A stretch of DNA of 64,000 nt. It comes from Lutibacter sp. (GTDB lineage Bacteria; Bacteroidota; Bacteroidia; Flavobacteriales; Flavobacteriaceae). A program made the translations under genes and the position numbers. Location: contig JAUXPH010000057.1 in the NCBI GenBank assembly GCA_030683995.1, positions 27,876 to 91,875 on the forward strand, given 5' to 3'. The notes beneath the pieces were generated by a model. That model saw only the letters and a program-made list of their open reading frames with translations. It did no database searches and had not been told where the DNA came from. This document shows positions 30,301-40,432 of the stretch, one piece after another (position 1 is the stretch's first letter; the number at the start of each line of letters is the position of its first letter).

Positions 30301-30572
30301 TTTCCTTAAAAACTGAATAAATGCAAAGGTACTCACAAAATTTCAAAATGACTGCAATGGGGTTTTGTATTCTATAAAATATTGGTAAATTTTATGAAAC
30401 ATTTTAGTCAGAAGTCATTATTTTAAATTTTATTCAAAAAAACATTGTGTTTTTAAAATTAATTACTGATATTTGTTATAGAAATCCTTAAAAAAACGCC
30501 TATTCTGCAACATTACTTTTTATAAAATTAGATAAATACACATTTAACCAACCCCTATAATGTATTTAAATT

Positions 30573-31157
30573 ATGGAAAGTAAAACTATTCTTGACAGCG
30601 TTTTAGTCAACAATTACATCAATGGACACGAAAAATCTTTAGAGATTTTAATAATTCGTCATAAACAACGAATTTTTAGTTTTATACTGTCTAAAGTTTC
30701 CGACAGAGAAGTAGCAGAAGATATTTTTCAAGACACGTTTATTAAAGTTATCAACACTTTAAAAAGAGGTGCTTATAATGAAGAAGGTAAGTTTTTGCCT
30801 TGGGTGATGCGGATTTCGCACAACTTAATCATAGATCATTTTCGCCGCAACAAACGTTTACCAAAATTTAACAATACCGATGATTTTGATATATTCGATG
30901 TGTTAAGCGATGAAATGCTCTCTGTTGAAAATCAGATAATTAAAGAACAAATTTTGGAAGATGTAAAGAAACTTGTTGAAGAATTACCTGAAGACCAGAA
31001 GGAAGTGTTGATTATGAGAATGTATAAAGATATGAGTTTTAAGGAAATAGCCGAAAATACGGATGTAAGTATTAACACCGCTTTGGGCAGAATGCGTTAT
31101 GCACTTATAAATTTGAGAAAATTAATTGAGAAACACCATATTATTTTAGTAAATTAA
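30573..31157 (+). CDS. ECF-type RNA polymerase sigma-70 factor
   Basis: AEDIFQDTFIK, FLPWVMRISHNLIIDHFR, SFKEIAE and TALGRMRYAL motifs. Confidence 0.93.
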   Translation: MESKTILDSVLVNNYINGHEKSLEILIIRHKQRIFSFILSKVSDREVAEDIFQDTFIKVINTLKRGAYNEEGKFLPWVMRISHNLIIDHFRRNKRLPKFNNTDDFDIFDVLSDEMLSVENQIIKEQILEDVKKLVEELPEDQKEVLIMRMYKDMSFKEIAENTDVSINTALGRMRYALINLRKLIEKHHIILVN

Positions 31158-31213
31158 ATAAAAACACAATAAAGGTAAAAATTCATCGTTTAAGTAGTAT
31201 AAACCAACTATTT

Positions 31214-31354
31214 ATGATGAAACTTTACTCTCAAAAGTCTCCAATGATGGAGCAGCCTAGACCCGAAATAATTCAATATTTGCTCAACTATTCCAGGCAA
31301 TTGATGATAGTTAAAACCAACAAAAACAACCATATTGAATTACATTTGAATTAA
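31214..31354 (+). CDS. Small protein (46 aa) downstream of the sigma factor
   Basis: Translated by hand: MMKLYSQKSPMMEQPRPEIIQYLLNYSRQLMIVKTNKNNHIELHLN; below the ORF-track cutoff. Confidence 0.65.
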   Translation: MMKLYSQKSPMMEQPRPEIIQYLLNYSRQLMIVKTNKNNHIELHLN

Positions 31355-31379
31355 TGTTCTTTAGAACCCACTTTATAAC

Positions 31380-32027
31380 CTAAAGTGGGTTTTTTGATAA
31401 AAATTCTTTTCTTCCAATTGTTTTTGTAATCAGATCCTTCTCTAAATCCCAGCCTCTTGCCGGAGAATATTCCCGGCCGTAATAGATAATTTGTAAATGC
31501 AGTTTGTTCCATAATTCTTCCGGAAATAACCTTTTGGCATCCTTTTCCGTTTGCACCACGTTTTTTCCGTTGGTTAAATTCCAACGATACATTAAACGAT
31601 GAATATGTGTATCAACAGGAAAGGCAGGAATTCCGAAAGCCTGACACATTACCACACTCGCCGTTTTATGTCCGACTGAAGGCAATTCCTCCAAAGCTGC
31701 AAAATTTTGAGGAACTTTTCCGTTGTGTTTTTCAATCAATATTTTCGACAATCCGTGAATTCCTTTCGATTTCATAGGCGATAAACCGGCAGGTTTTATA
31801 ATTTCACGAATTTCTTCCACCGAAAGTTTTACCATATCATACGGATTATCGGCTTTGGCAAATAATTTAGGGGTGATTTTATTGACGCCAACATCTGTGC
31901 TTTGTGCCGATAACAAAACTGCAATTAAAAGGGTATAAGGATCTTTATGATGAAGCGGAATTTGCGGATTTGGATATATTTTTTCCAATGTTTCAATTAC
32001 AAATTGGACTTTTTCGGCTTTGGTCAT
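31380..32027 (-). CDS. nth: Endonuclease III (HhH-GPD family)
   Basis: LLIAVLLSAQSTD, LPSVGHKTA and VDTHIHR motifs; the C-terminal 4Fe-4S cysteine motif is absent. Confidence 0.92.
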   Translation of the reverse strand: MTKAEKVQFVIETLEKIYPNPQIPLHHKDPYTLLIAVLLSAQSTDVGVNKITPKLFAKADNPYDMVKLSVEEIREIIKPAGLSPMKSKGIHGLSKILIEKHNGKVPQNFAALEELPSVGHKTASVVMCQAFGIPAFPVDTHIHRLMYRWNLTNGKNVVQTEKDAKRLFPEELWNKLHLQIIYYGREYSPARGWDLEKDLITKTIGRKEFLSKNPL

Positions 32028-32032
32028 TTTTT

Positions 32033-32155
32033 AATTGGTTAAAGTGTTAAAGGTTGTAAAGTTAAAAGTTTTTAAAGTTATTTTTATAAGTTTTATCCCC
32101 ATATCATTATTATTTCTGATTTTAAGTTTTTAACTTTCAATTTTTAAACTTAAAT
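32033..32155. repeat. Degenerate 7-9-mer repeats in the nth/bcp divergent intergenic region
   Basis: AAAGTGTT AAAGGTT GTAAAGTT AAAAGTT TTTAAAGTT, with complementary-sense AACTT units near 32130-32150. Confidence 0.55.
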
Positions 32156-32165
32156 ACTAAATCCA

Positions 32166-32615
32166 ATGAAAACATTAAAAATTGGCGACGAAGCACCAAA
32201 TTTTGAAGCACTTGACCAACAAGGAAAACCCATAAAACTTTCTGATTATAAAGGAAAAAAATTGGTATTGTTTTTTTATCCGAAAGCAAGTACGCCAGGC
32301 TGCACGACGGAATCTTGCAATTTGCGAGACAATTATCATTCTTTTTTGGCGAAAGGATATGAAGTTTTGGGCGTAAGCGCAGATTCTGCAAAACGCCAGC
32401 AAAGTTTTATTGAAAAATACCAATTGCCTTTTCCGTTATTGGCAGATGAGGACAAAAAAGTTATCAATGCTTTTGGCGTTTGGGGACCAAAAAAATTTAT
32501 GGGACGAGAATTTGACGGAATTCACAGAGTTACTTTTGTGATTGACGAAAAAGGTATTATTGAAAATGTAATCACAAAAGTGAAAACCAAAGAGCACGCA
32601 AGCCAGATTATTTGA
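32166..32615 (+). CDS. bcp: Thioredoxin-dependent peroxiredoxin Bcp
   Basis: FYPKASTPGCTTESC motif. Confidence 0.95.
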   Translation: MKTLKIGDEAPNFEALDQQGKPIKLSDYKGKKLVLFFYPKASTPGCTTESCNLRDNYHSFLAKGYEVLGVSADSAKRQQSFIEKYQLPFPLLADEDKKVINAFGVWGPKKFMGREFDGIHRVTFVIDEKGIIENVITKVKTKEHASQII

Positions 32616-32690
32616 CAGGGCGGATAGATGGTTTGTGTTTTTTATTGATATTTTGAATTGTAAAACGGAATACTCACAACATAAAACCAA

Positions 32691-33467
32691 TTAAATAAGG
32701 CCTTCCCGAATACATTTAGCAACCAATTCGGGCGTATTTTTACAGCCCGATTTCACTAAAATATTTTTTTTGTGTGTGTTAATGGTGTGTGGGGAAACAA
32801 AAAAATCTTTGGCTATTTCCTTGAAATTTTCTCCTTCAGACAGCTTAACAATAATTTCAATTTCCCTATGGGTAAAGAGATTTTTAAAATCGGTTACTAT
32901 AAAATTAATAACTTCTCCAGTTTTAATGCAATGATAAGAAGGTCTTACATTACTGATAAAAGACACATTGTGATTGAATGGAATATTCAAAAAAGAAACA
33001 TCAGTATGAATCCCCAGTACGTGTTGAATTTTGCCGTCATCTGAAACATTTAAAGCTTTTGCCTGATGTAAAATTGTTTTGTAATGACCATCTGTATGCT
33101 TCAATCTCATCATATAAACCACTTTGTACAAAAGGATGTCTTCAAAAGGAATTTTATTGAAAAGAAAGTCGGTGGCAGTTGCCTCTTTTTCATATAATTT
33201 GGAAAGATCTTCGGGATGCAATAGGTCAAAAGCTGTCTGAAGGCAAAATTGATTGGGTTCTAACCCCAATACTTCACGAGTTCCTTGATGCACAATGTCC
33301 ATACTTAAATTCTCAAAATTGAGTACATAATAGTAAAAATGCCCAATAGAAAATAAGGAAGCGACCTGATTTGTGATTTCTAAAAACAGCTCTTTTGTAT
33401 TTGGAATCAGGACTTTATTTCCCGATTCCCATACATCCATAATTTTTACAATATCTTTTTCACTCAT
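32691..33467 (-). CDS. PAS-fold sensor plus LuxR-type HTH transcriptional regulator (one-component)
   Basis: PAS-like LHPEDL...RLKHTDGHYK; C-terminal FTHREIEII..LSEG...KEIA..FFVSPHTINTHKKNI HTH; no receiver domain. Confidence 0.9.
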   Translation of the reverse strand: MSEKDIVKIMDVWESGNKVLIPNTKELFLEITNQVASLFSIGHFYYYVLNFENLSMDIVHQGTREVLGLEPNQFCLQTAFDLLHPEDLSKLYEKEATATDFLFNKIPFEDILLYKVVYMMRLKHTDGHYKTILHQAKALNVSDDGKIQHVLGIHTDVSFLNIPFNHNVSFISNVRPSYHCIKTGEVINFIVTDFKNLFTHREIEIIVKLSEGENFKEIAKDFFVSPHTINTHKKNILVKSGCKNTPELVAKCIREGLI

Positions 33468-33500
33468 TTTATTGAAAATAAACGTAGTTAAATATAAGTA

Positions 33501-33528
33501 AAAATACTCAATATTAGGTATTTACATT
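33501..33528 (+). promoter_or_regulatory. 28-bp box, copy 1 (putative LuxR-family operator)
   Basis: AAAATACTCAATATTAGGTATTTACATT, 33 bp upstream of the LuxR start and identical to four copies at 53.8-56.7 kb. Confidence 0.85.
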
Positions 33529-33941
33529 AAATAATTTTGATTCAAAACTTAATTGGGAAATTTTTTAAAAGTTAAGCGCATTCAATAAATGACAATTACA
33601 GTCGAAAAAATAAGACGCATTCAGCATTGGGTATTGCTTATAATGCAAGGATAAACTGAACCATTAAAGAAGCGCCATAGATTACAGGAAACCAACAGCC
33701 TTTGGGCTGCTAAAAATGCAAAGACAAAATAGTTTATCATTATAACAATAAAAGATTCCCTAATAATATTGGCAAATTAAGTCTTGAGAATTTTGAAAAT
33801 AAATGGTTAAAAAATCGAATTAATACTAAGCCAATTTTTACTATTTTTGATTACGATAAATTAACAGTAACCGGTCAACACTAATTAAGGAAATGCAAAA
33901 CAAATACCGGCAACCAAATTATACCAGATACCCAAGAAGCA

Positions 33942-34880
33942 ATGAAAAAAATATTAGTTACCGGAGGCGCCGGATTTATAGGATCTCATTTATGTGAACG
34001 ATTGCTGAAAGAAGGCAACGAAGTTATTTGTCTTGACAATTATTTTTCGAGCAACAAAAGCAACATCATTGGGTTGACTGCCAATCCGTATTTTGAATTG
34101 GTGCGGCACGACATCACGCAGCCTTACTTTGCCGAAGTGGATGAAATTTACAATTTAGCTTGTCCGGCAAGCCCTATTTACTACCAGCACGATCCCATAA
34201 AAACAATCCAAACTTCTGTGATGGGCGCCATCAATATGTTGGGTTTGGCAAAGCGGCTGAATGCAAAAATTTTGCAGGCAAGCACCAGTGAAGTATATGG
34301 TGATCCAATTGTTCATCCGCAAAAAGAAGATTATTGGGGCAATGTAAATCCAATTGGATTGCGCTCTTGTTACGATGAAGGAAAACGTTGTGCAGAGACT
34401 TTATTTATGGATTACCACCATCAAAATAAAGTGGCCATTAAAATTATACGCATATTTAACACCTACGGACCCAATATGAATGTGAACGACGGCAGGGTAG
34501 TGTCCAATTTTATTGTTCAGGCCTTAAAAGGCGAAAATATCACCATGTATGGCGATGGAATGCAAACACGTTCCTTTCAATATGTGGATGATTTGGTGGA
34601 AGGCATGGTACGCATGATGAATTCCGATCCGCAATTTTTGGGCCCGGTAAATCTGGGAAATCCCAACGAGTTTAGTATGTTGGAACTGGCAAAAACCATC
34701 ATCGATTTATCAGGAAGCGCCTCTAAAATTATTTTTATGCCTTTGCCAAAAGACGATCCAAAACAACGTCAGCCAAACATTGGACTTGCCAAAGAAAAGC
34801 TAAACGGCTGGGAACCTAAAGTTCAATTGAAAGAAGGACTTGTAAAAACGATTGCATATTTTGAGGGAATACTCAAGTAA
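33942..34880 (+). CDS. UDP-glucuronate decarboxylase (UDP-xylose synthase), extended SDR
   Basis: [38 protein letters not shown] and DDPKQRQP motifs. Confidence 0.93.
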   Translation: MKKILVTGGAGFIGSHLCERLLKEGNEVICLDNYFSSNKSNIIGLTANPYFELVRHDITQPYFAEVDEIYNLACPASPIYYQHDPIKTIQTSVMGAINMLGLAKRLNAKILQASTSEVYGDPIVHPQKEDYWGNVNPIGLRSCYDEGKRCAETLFMDYHHQNKVAIKIIRIFNTYGPNMNVNDGRVVSNFIVQALKGENITMYGDGMQTRSFQYVDDLVEGMVRMMNSDPQFLGPVNLGNPNEFSMLELAKTIIDLSGSASKIIFMPLPKDDPKQRQPNIGLAKEKLNGWEPKVQLKEGLVKTIAYFEGILK

Positions 34881-35089
34881 AGTTGAAATTACGAAGACTG
34901 AAGACGGAAGTCGGGAACACTTGCAAACAATTAAAATACCAACAACCAGAAACACCATAAGGCTACTAAAAAAATAAATAAATTAAAATAATTCGCCTTT
35001 ATGTTTTTTGTAAGCTTTTAAAGTGTACTTTTGCACCCGATTTTAACCGATTTATAGATGGGCATCTGTAGATCATAATATTTACAGAA

Positions 35090-36955
35090 ATGTCGACATT
35101 TAAAGAACTAGGGCTTAACAGCCAAATTTTACAAGCATTAACTGATTTAGGGTATGAGAACCCAACTGAAATTCAGAAAAAAGCAATCCCTCAAGTATTA
35201 TCTTCCAAGCAAGATTTAAAAGCATTTGCGCAAACAGGCACAGGGAAAACTGCAGCTTTCAGTTTGCCAATTTTAGAGCAAATTGACGCTGAAAGTGGTG
35301 ATACCCAAGCAATCATTTTATCGCCAACACGTGAGTTGGCTTTGCAAATCGCCAATAACATCACCGATTTTTCAAAACATTTAAAAGGCGTTAAAACACT
35401 TGCCGTTTATGGCGGTGCCAGCATTGAAGACCAAGTCAGAAAACTAAATAAAGGCGTACAAATTATTGTTGGAACTCCGGGAAGAACGGTTGATTTGATC
35501 AACAGAAAGCAATTAAAACTTTCAAATCTTAAATGGCTTATTTTGGATGAAGCCGATGAGATGTTGAATATGGGTTTTAAAGATGAGTTGGATAAAATTT
35601 TGGCCGTTACGCCAAAAGAAAAACAAACATTGTTGTTTTCTGCAACGTTTCCAAAAGAAGTGGAAGGCATTGCTAAAGCTTATTTAAAAAATCCGATTGA
35701 AATCAGCGCCGGAGAAAAAAACAAAGGAACTGACCAGGTTTCTCATCAATATTATGTGGTTTCAGAAAGAAACAGGTACAATGCCATCAAAAGAATTGCT
35801 GACGTAAATCCTGATATATATTGCATCATTTTTTGCAGAACCAGAAGAGAAACACAAGAAGTTGCCGATAAATTAATCAGCGACGGATACAATGTTGATG
35901 CGCTTCACGGCGATTTGTCACAAGCGCAACGCGACAGTGTGATGGAAAAATTCCGAAGCAAAACGCTGCAAATATTGGTTGCTACGGATGTTGCCGCAAG
36001 GGGATTGGATGTAACGGATTTAACACACGTTATCAACCACAAACTTCCGGACCAGATTGAATCTTACACGCACCGTAGCGGCAGAACTGGCCGTGCAGGA
36101 AAAGAGGGAATTTCAATCGCTATTGTAACCGTTAGAGAAAAAAGCAAATTGCACCCAATTGAAAGATTGATCGGCAAAAAATTCATCAGCACCCCAATTC
36201 CTACAGGAAAAGAAATTTGTCAAAATCAATTGTTAAAATTGATTGACAAGGTTCAGGATATTCAGGTGAACGAGACTGAAATCAGTGATTTCTTACCTTC
36301 TATTTACGAGAAATTGAAAGATTTAGACCGTGAAGAACTGATTAAAAAGTTTGTTTCGATTGAATTCAATACTTTTTTAACCTACTATCAAAATGCACCT
36401 GATTTAAATGACAGCGAGCATATGAGAGGTGTTGACAGAAATTCTGATAGAGGAAGCAAACGAAGAGATGATGAAAATATGACGCGTTTCTTTATCAATA
36501 TTGGTAAAAAAGACAAATTAAATCCTGCCAGATTGATTGGTTTGATCAATGACCAAAGAATTGCCAAAAATATTGAAATCGGACAAATTGAAATTTTAGA
36601 CACTTTTTCTTTCTTTGAATTGGATAAAACCTATGAAAAAGAAACAATGAGCGCTTTTGAAGGAAATGATGTTGATTTTGAAGGAAGAAGCGTAAATGTT
36701 GAAATTACCACCAAACAACGTACCGGCCAAGCAAGAAGCGGCGGTGGATTTCGTGGAGGAGATAGAGACAGAGGTCCAAGAAAAAGAACCGGTGACAGCG
36801 ATAGAGGAAACGACAGAAAAAGATCTGGTGACGGTGACAGAAAACCTAAAACCGATTTTGGCGGATTTGGAAGAAAACGACCGGGTGCTCCAGGAACAAT
36901 CAGCAAAAGCACTTTTGGATCGGATCAAAATCCGAAAAGAAGAAAAAGAATATAA
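35090..36955 (+). CDS. deaD: DEAD-box RNA helicase (DeaD/CsdA-like, with DbpA-type RNA-binding domain)
   Basis: AQTGTGKT, PTRELA, LDEADEM, FSAT, ARGLD and HRSGRTGRAG motifs; R/G-rich tail; TACTTTTG -7 element at 35026. Confidence 0.92.
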   Translation: MSTFKELGLNSQILQALTDLGYENPTEIQKKAIPQVLSSKQDLKAFAQTGTGKTAAFSLPILEQIDAESGDTQAIILSPTRELALQIANNITDFSKHLKGVKTLAVYGGASIEDQVRKLNKGVQIIVGTPGRTVDLINRKQLKLSNLKWLILDEADEMLNMGFKDELDKILAVTPKEKQTLLFSATFPKEVEGIAKAYLKNPIEISAGEKNKGTDQVSHQYYVVSERNRYNAIKRIADVNPDIYCIIFCRTRRETQEVADKLISDGYNVDALHGDLSQAQRDSVMEKFRSKTLQILVATDVAARGLDVTDLTHVINHKLPDQIESYTHRSGRTGRAGKEGISIAIVTVREKSKLHPIERLIGKKFISTPIPTGKEICQNQLLKLIDKVQDIQVNETEISDFLPSIYEKLKDLDREELIKKFVSIEFNTFLTYYQNAPDLNDSEHMRGVDRNSDRGSKRRDDENMTRFFINIGKKDKLNPARLIGLINDQRIAKNIEIGQIEILDTFSFFELDKTYEKETMSAFEGNDVDFEGRSVNVEITTKQRTGQARSGGGFRGGDRDRGPRKRTGDSDRGNDRKRSGDGDRKPKTDFGGFGRKRPGAPGTISKSTFGSDQNPKRRKRI

Positions 36956-36957
36956 TT

Positions 36958-36985
36958 AAAAAAGCCGCGTTTAGCGGCTTTTTTT
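36958..36985. terminator. Bidirectional intrinsic terminator
   Basis: AAAAAAGCCGC-GTTTA-GCGGCTTTTTTT between convergent genes. Confidence 0.8.
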
Positions 36986-37017
36986 ATGTTCAATTGCGTG
37001 CAATACCCCAAGAATTT

Positions 37018-37905
37018 TTATTGAAATTGTTTGGCAATTTTCTCCGCTTTCCTTGATTCGGAATAATCGTAAAAACCTTCGCCCGATTTAATCCCCAGTT
37101 TGCCGGCTTGCACCATATTCACCAAAAGCGGACAAGGCGCATACTTCGGATTTTTAAAGCCGTTGTACATCACTTCCAAAATCGACAAACACACATCCAA
37201 CCCAATAAAATCAGCCAATTGTAATGGTCCCATTGGATGCGCCATTCCTAATTTCATCACCGTGTCAATTTCATAAACGCCGGCAACACCATTGTACAAA
37301 GTTTCTATGGCTTCGTTTAGCATAGGCATTAAAATTCGGTTGGCTACAAATCCGGGATAGTCATTGACTTCAACAGGCGTTTTTTGCAAGTTTTGCGAAA
37401 GTTCCATAATGGTTTTAGTCACTTCTTCAGAAGTGTTGTATCCTCTAATGATTTCAACCAATTTCATAATGGGCACCGGATTCATAAAGTGCATTCCTAT
37501 CACTTTTTCAGGTCGTTTTGTGACCGACGCAATTTTAGTGATTGAAATGGAAGAAGTGTTGGAAGCTAAAATGGCTTTTTCTGGTGCCTCTTCGTCAATT
37601 TGCTTGAATATTTTTAATTTTAAGTCCACATTTTCTGTGGCGGCTTCAACCACCAAATCCACATTTTTTACGCCTTCAGCAATAGAAGTGAATGTGGTGA
37701 TATTGGCCAAAGTTTGCGTTTTAATTTCGGCGGTGATGGTTCCTTTATCAACTAAACGATCCAGATTTTTAACAATGGTGGACAAACCGCGATCTATTGC
37801 TTCCTGTGAAATATCAATTAAATGTACTTGGTAATTATTTTGGGCGAAAACGTGGGCAATGCCATTTCCCATGGTTCCGGCGCCAATAACAGCTATATTT
37901 TTCAT
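37018..37905 (-). CDS. 3-hydroxybutyryl-CoA (3-hydroxyacyl-CoA) dehydrogenase
   Basis: GAGTMGNGIA, EAATEN, SNTSS, GMHFMNP and GFVANR motifs. Confidence 0.95.
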   Translation of the reverse strand: MKNIAVIGAGTMGNGIAHVFAQNNYQVHLIDISQEAIDRGLSTIVKNLDRLVDKGTITAEIKTQTLANITTFTSIAEGVKNVDLVVEAATENVDLKLKIFKQIDEEAPEKAILASNTSSISITKIASVTKRPEKVIGMHFMNPVPIMKLVEIIRGYNTSEEVTKTIMELSQNLQKTPVEVNDYPGFVANRILMPMLNEAIETLYNGVAGVYEIDTVMKLGMAHPMGPLQLADFIGLDVCLSILEVMYNGFKNPKYAPCPLLVNMVQAGKLGIKSGEGFYDYSESRKAEKIAKQFQ

Positions 37906-37961
37906 ATTCAATATTGGTTGTTTTTATAGATTATGCCTTTTCCCGCCAATGCGGAAGGTGA

Positions 37962-38738
37962 TTATATAATTAATTTCCCTTTTAAATAGGTAACAGCTTG
38001 TCCGCTCATTTCAACACGGTCATTTAAATACTCGCATTTTAAAATTCCAGTTCTTTTTGAAAGCTGAACAGCTTCCAGCTTTGTTTTATTGAGTTTTTTA
38101 GCCCAATACGGAATAAGCAAAGTATGCGCAGAACCTGTTACCGGATCTTCATTTACGCCAATCTTTGGTGCAAAAAATCGCGAAACAAAGTCGGCTGAAT
38201 CTCCTTTTGCAGTCACGCCAATTCCTAAATATTCCAATTGTGTCAATAAGTGGAAGTTTGGCGTTAAATTTTTAATTATTGCTTCACTTTCCAACAAAAC
38301 CAACAATTTCCATTTCCCCTTAAAAGTTTTTAAAACAGGAACATTTAACGCTTGTTTTAAAAGATCAGGCGTTTCAATTTCCACGATTTCTTCTGAAGGA
38401 AAATTTAAAGTGTACCAATCTCCATTTTTTGTAACAGTCAATTTGCCGCTTTTTGAATTGAATTTAAGCTGTTTTTCTTTGTAGTTTAATTCGCTGAAGA
38501 TAATATGTGCCGCAGCCAAAGTTGCATGGCCGCATAAATCGATTTCACAAGTTGGCGTATACCATTTTATGTCGAATGAATTTCCATTTTTTACGAAGAA
38601 AACAGTTTCTGATAAATTGTTTTCTTCAGCAATTGCTTGCATTAAGTCATCAGAAATCCATTTTTCCAACGGACAAACAGCAGCGGGGTTTCCTTTAAAA
38701 ACAGCATTGTTAAATGCGTCAACTTGGTAAATATCCAT
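37962..38738 (-). CDS. PhzF/DAP-epimerase-like isomerase
   Basis: QVDAF...GNPAAV, ENNLSETVF, DLCGHATLA and EDPVTGSAH motifs. Confidence 0.92.
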   Translation of the reverse strand: MDIYQVDAFNNAVFKGNPAAVCPLEKWISDDLMQAIAEENNLSETVFFVKNGNSFDIKWYTPTCEIDLCGHATLAAAHIIFSELNYKEKQLKFNSKSGKLTVTKNGDWYTLNFPSEEIVEIETPDLLKQALNVPVLKTFKGKWKLLVLLESEAIIKNLTPNFHLLTQLEYLGIGVTAKGDSADFVSRFFAPKIGVNEDPVTGSAHTLLIPYWAKKLNKTKLEAVQLSKRTGILKCEYLNDRVEMSGQAVTYLKGKLII

Positions 38739-38739
38739 A

Positions 38740-39699
38740 CTAAAAATCGTTAATGATCATTTGGGCAACACGAAGCGCTTCTGCGCCTTGTTCCAAAGTA
38801 ACAATTGGTGTTGTATTGTTTTTGATGGCATCGGCAAAAGTTTCCAGTTCATCTAAAATGGCATTGTTTGCTGCGATTTTCGGATTTTCAAAATAGATTT
38901 GCTTTTTTAAACCTTCCGCATTTTGTAAAATCATATCAAAATCGCCCGGAGTCTCAGGTGCATCTTTCATTCTGACCACTTCAGTTGCTTTTTCAAAGAA
39001 ATCAACAGCAATATAGGCATCACGCTGAAAAAATCGTGTTTTGCGCATGTTTTTTAAAGAAATTCTGCTGGCGGTTAAATTGGCCACGCATCCGTTTTCA
39101 AATTCAATGCGTGCATTCGCAATATCTGGCGTATCGCTCAAAATGGAAACGCCGCTGGCATTGATACTTTTTACTTTCGATTTCACCACGCTCAAAATAA
39201 TGTCGATGTCGTGAATCATTAAATCCAATACTACAGGAACATCTGTTCCTCTCGGATTGAATTCGGCCAAACGATGTGTTTCAATAAACATTGGATTGTG
39301 AATGGCGTCTTTAACCGCGGTAAAAGCCGGATTAAAGCGTTCAACGTGGCCAACCTGACCCTTTACGTTGTGTTTTTTCAAAAGTTCAATAAGAATTTCA
39401 GCTTCTTCAACCGTTTTGGTGATGGGTTTTTCAATAAAAACGTGTTTTCCTTTTTCTATGGCTTCTTTTGCACAGTCGAAATGAGAAAGTGTTGGCGTTA
39501 CAATGTCAATAACGTCAACGGCATCAATTAATTCCTGAATTGAATCAAAAGATTTGTAGCCAAATTCTTTTGCAACTTTTTCTGCGTTTTCTTTAATTGG
39601 GTCATAAAAACCGACCAATTCGTATTTATCTGATTGATTTATTAATTTTAAATGAATTTTTCCTAGATGTCCCGCACCTAAAACTCCTGCTTTCAGCAT
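38740..39699 (-). CDS. Gfo/Idh/MocA oxidoreductase
   Basis: GAGHLG, EKP, VGHVERFNP and DLMIHD motifs. Confidence 0.92.
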   Translation of the reverse strand: MLKAGVLGAGHLGKIHLKLINQSDKYELVGFYDPIKENAEKVAKEFGYKSFDSIQELIDAVDVIDIVTPTLSHFDCAKEAIEKGKHVFIEKPITKTVEEAEILIELLKKHNVKGQVGHVERFNPAFTAVKDAIHNPMFIETHRLAEFNPRGTDVPVVLDLMIHDIDIILSVVKSKVKSINASGVSILSDTPDIANARIEFENGCVANLTASRISLKNMRKTRFFQRDAYIAVDFFEKATEVVRMKDAPETPGDFDMILQNAEGLKKQIYFENPKIAANNAILDELETFADAIKNNTTPIVTLEQGAEALRVAQMIINDF

Positions 39700-39785
39700 A
39701 TTTAAAGTCGTTAATATTTATACAGGTAAAAGTACATTCTTTAGGCATTTATTCCTATTTTTAGGCATTCAAATTTTAGGGAATA

Positions 39786-40427
39786 GTGAAGGACACGCAC
39801 AAGCATAACGGGCTTAGAAATCAGCTGGTAAAGATAATTGCACAGAAAGGAATAACGGACAAAAATGTGTTGACTGCTATGGGAAATGTGCCCAGGCACT
39901 TGTTTATGGATTCAAGTTTTGCCGATTTTGCCTATCAGGATAAAGCATTTCCAATAGGTTCCGACCAAACCATTTCCCAACCTTATACGGTTGCTTTTCA
40001 GACTGAATTGCTGCAAATAAAAGAACATCACCAAATTTTGGAAATTGGCACAGGTTCGGGATACCAAACGGCTGTTTTACTGGAAATGGGCGCCAAAGTG
40101 TATACCATTGAACGGCAGCAGGAATTGTTCAAAAAAACAAAATTGTTTCTGCCAAAACTGGGCTACAAGCCTAAAAAAATAATTTTTGGCGATGGTTATA
40201 AAGGATTGCCGGAAAATGCGCCTTTTGACGGAATTATTGTAACTGCCGGGGCGCCTATTGTGCCAAAAGCTTTATTAAGTCAGTTAAAAATAGGAGGAAG
40301 GCTGGTGATTCCTGTGGGTGATAAAGAACAAATTATGACCTTATTTATTAGAACCAGCGAAAAAGATTTTGAAAAACACGAGTTGGGCAAATTTAAATTT
40401 GTGCCTATGCTGAATAAGAAAAATTAG
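39786..40427 (+). CDS. pcm: Protein-L-isoaspartate O-methyltransferase
   Basis: VPRHLF, QTISQPY, LEIGTGSGYQ and APFDGIIVTAG motifs; GTG start. Confidence 0.95.
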   Translation: MKDTHKHNGLRNQLVKIIAQKGITDKNVLTAMGNVPRHLFMDSSFADFAYQDKAFPIGSDQTISQPYTVAFQTELLQIKEHHQILEIGTGSGYQTAVLLEMGAKVYTIERQQELFKKTKLFLPKLGYKPKKIIFGDGYKGLPENAPFDGIIVTAGAPIVPKALLSQLKIGGRLVIPVGDKEQIMTLFIRTSEKDFEKHELGKFKFVPMLNKKN

Positions 40428-40432
40428 TTTAA

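Noticed and set aside
32669-34876. Half-sites AATACTCA at 32669 and AATACTCAA at 34868
   Set aside because: Neither has a partner half-site, the second lies in coding sequence, and such matches are expected by chance in AT-rich DNA.
34893-34913. GAAGAC/GAAGTC heptamers here and at 53599-53619 as shared rearrangement junctions
   Set aside because: Only two or three short degenerate units; more simply explained as dispersed heptamer repeats.
36596-36959. Several overlapping ORFs in the helicase tail, and the many antisense ORFs in the track (e.g. 217-606, 9031-9528, 37364-37834, 58964-59482)
   Set aside because: They are shadow frames of well-supported genes and carry no motifs of their own.
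37962-38738. Phenazine biosynthesis cluster
   Set aside because: A lone PhzF-family gene among housekeeping genes, with no other phz genes.
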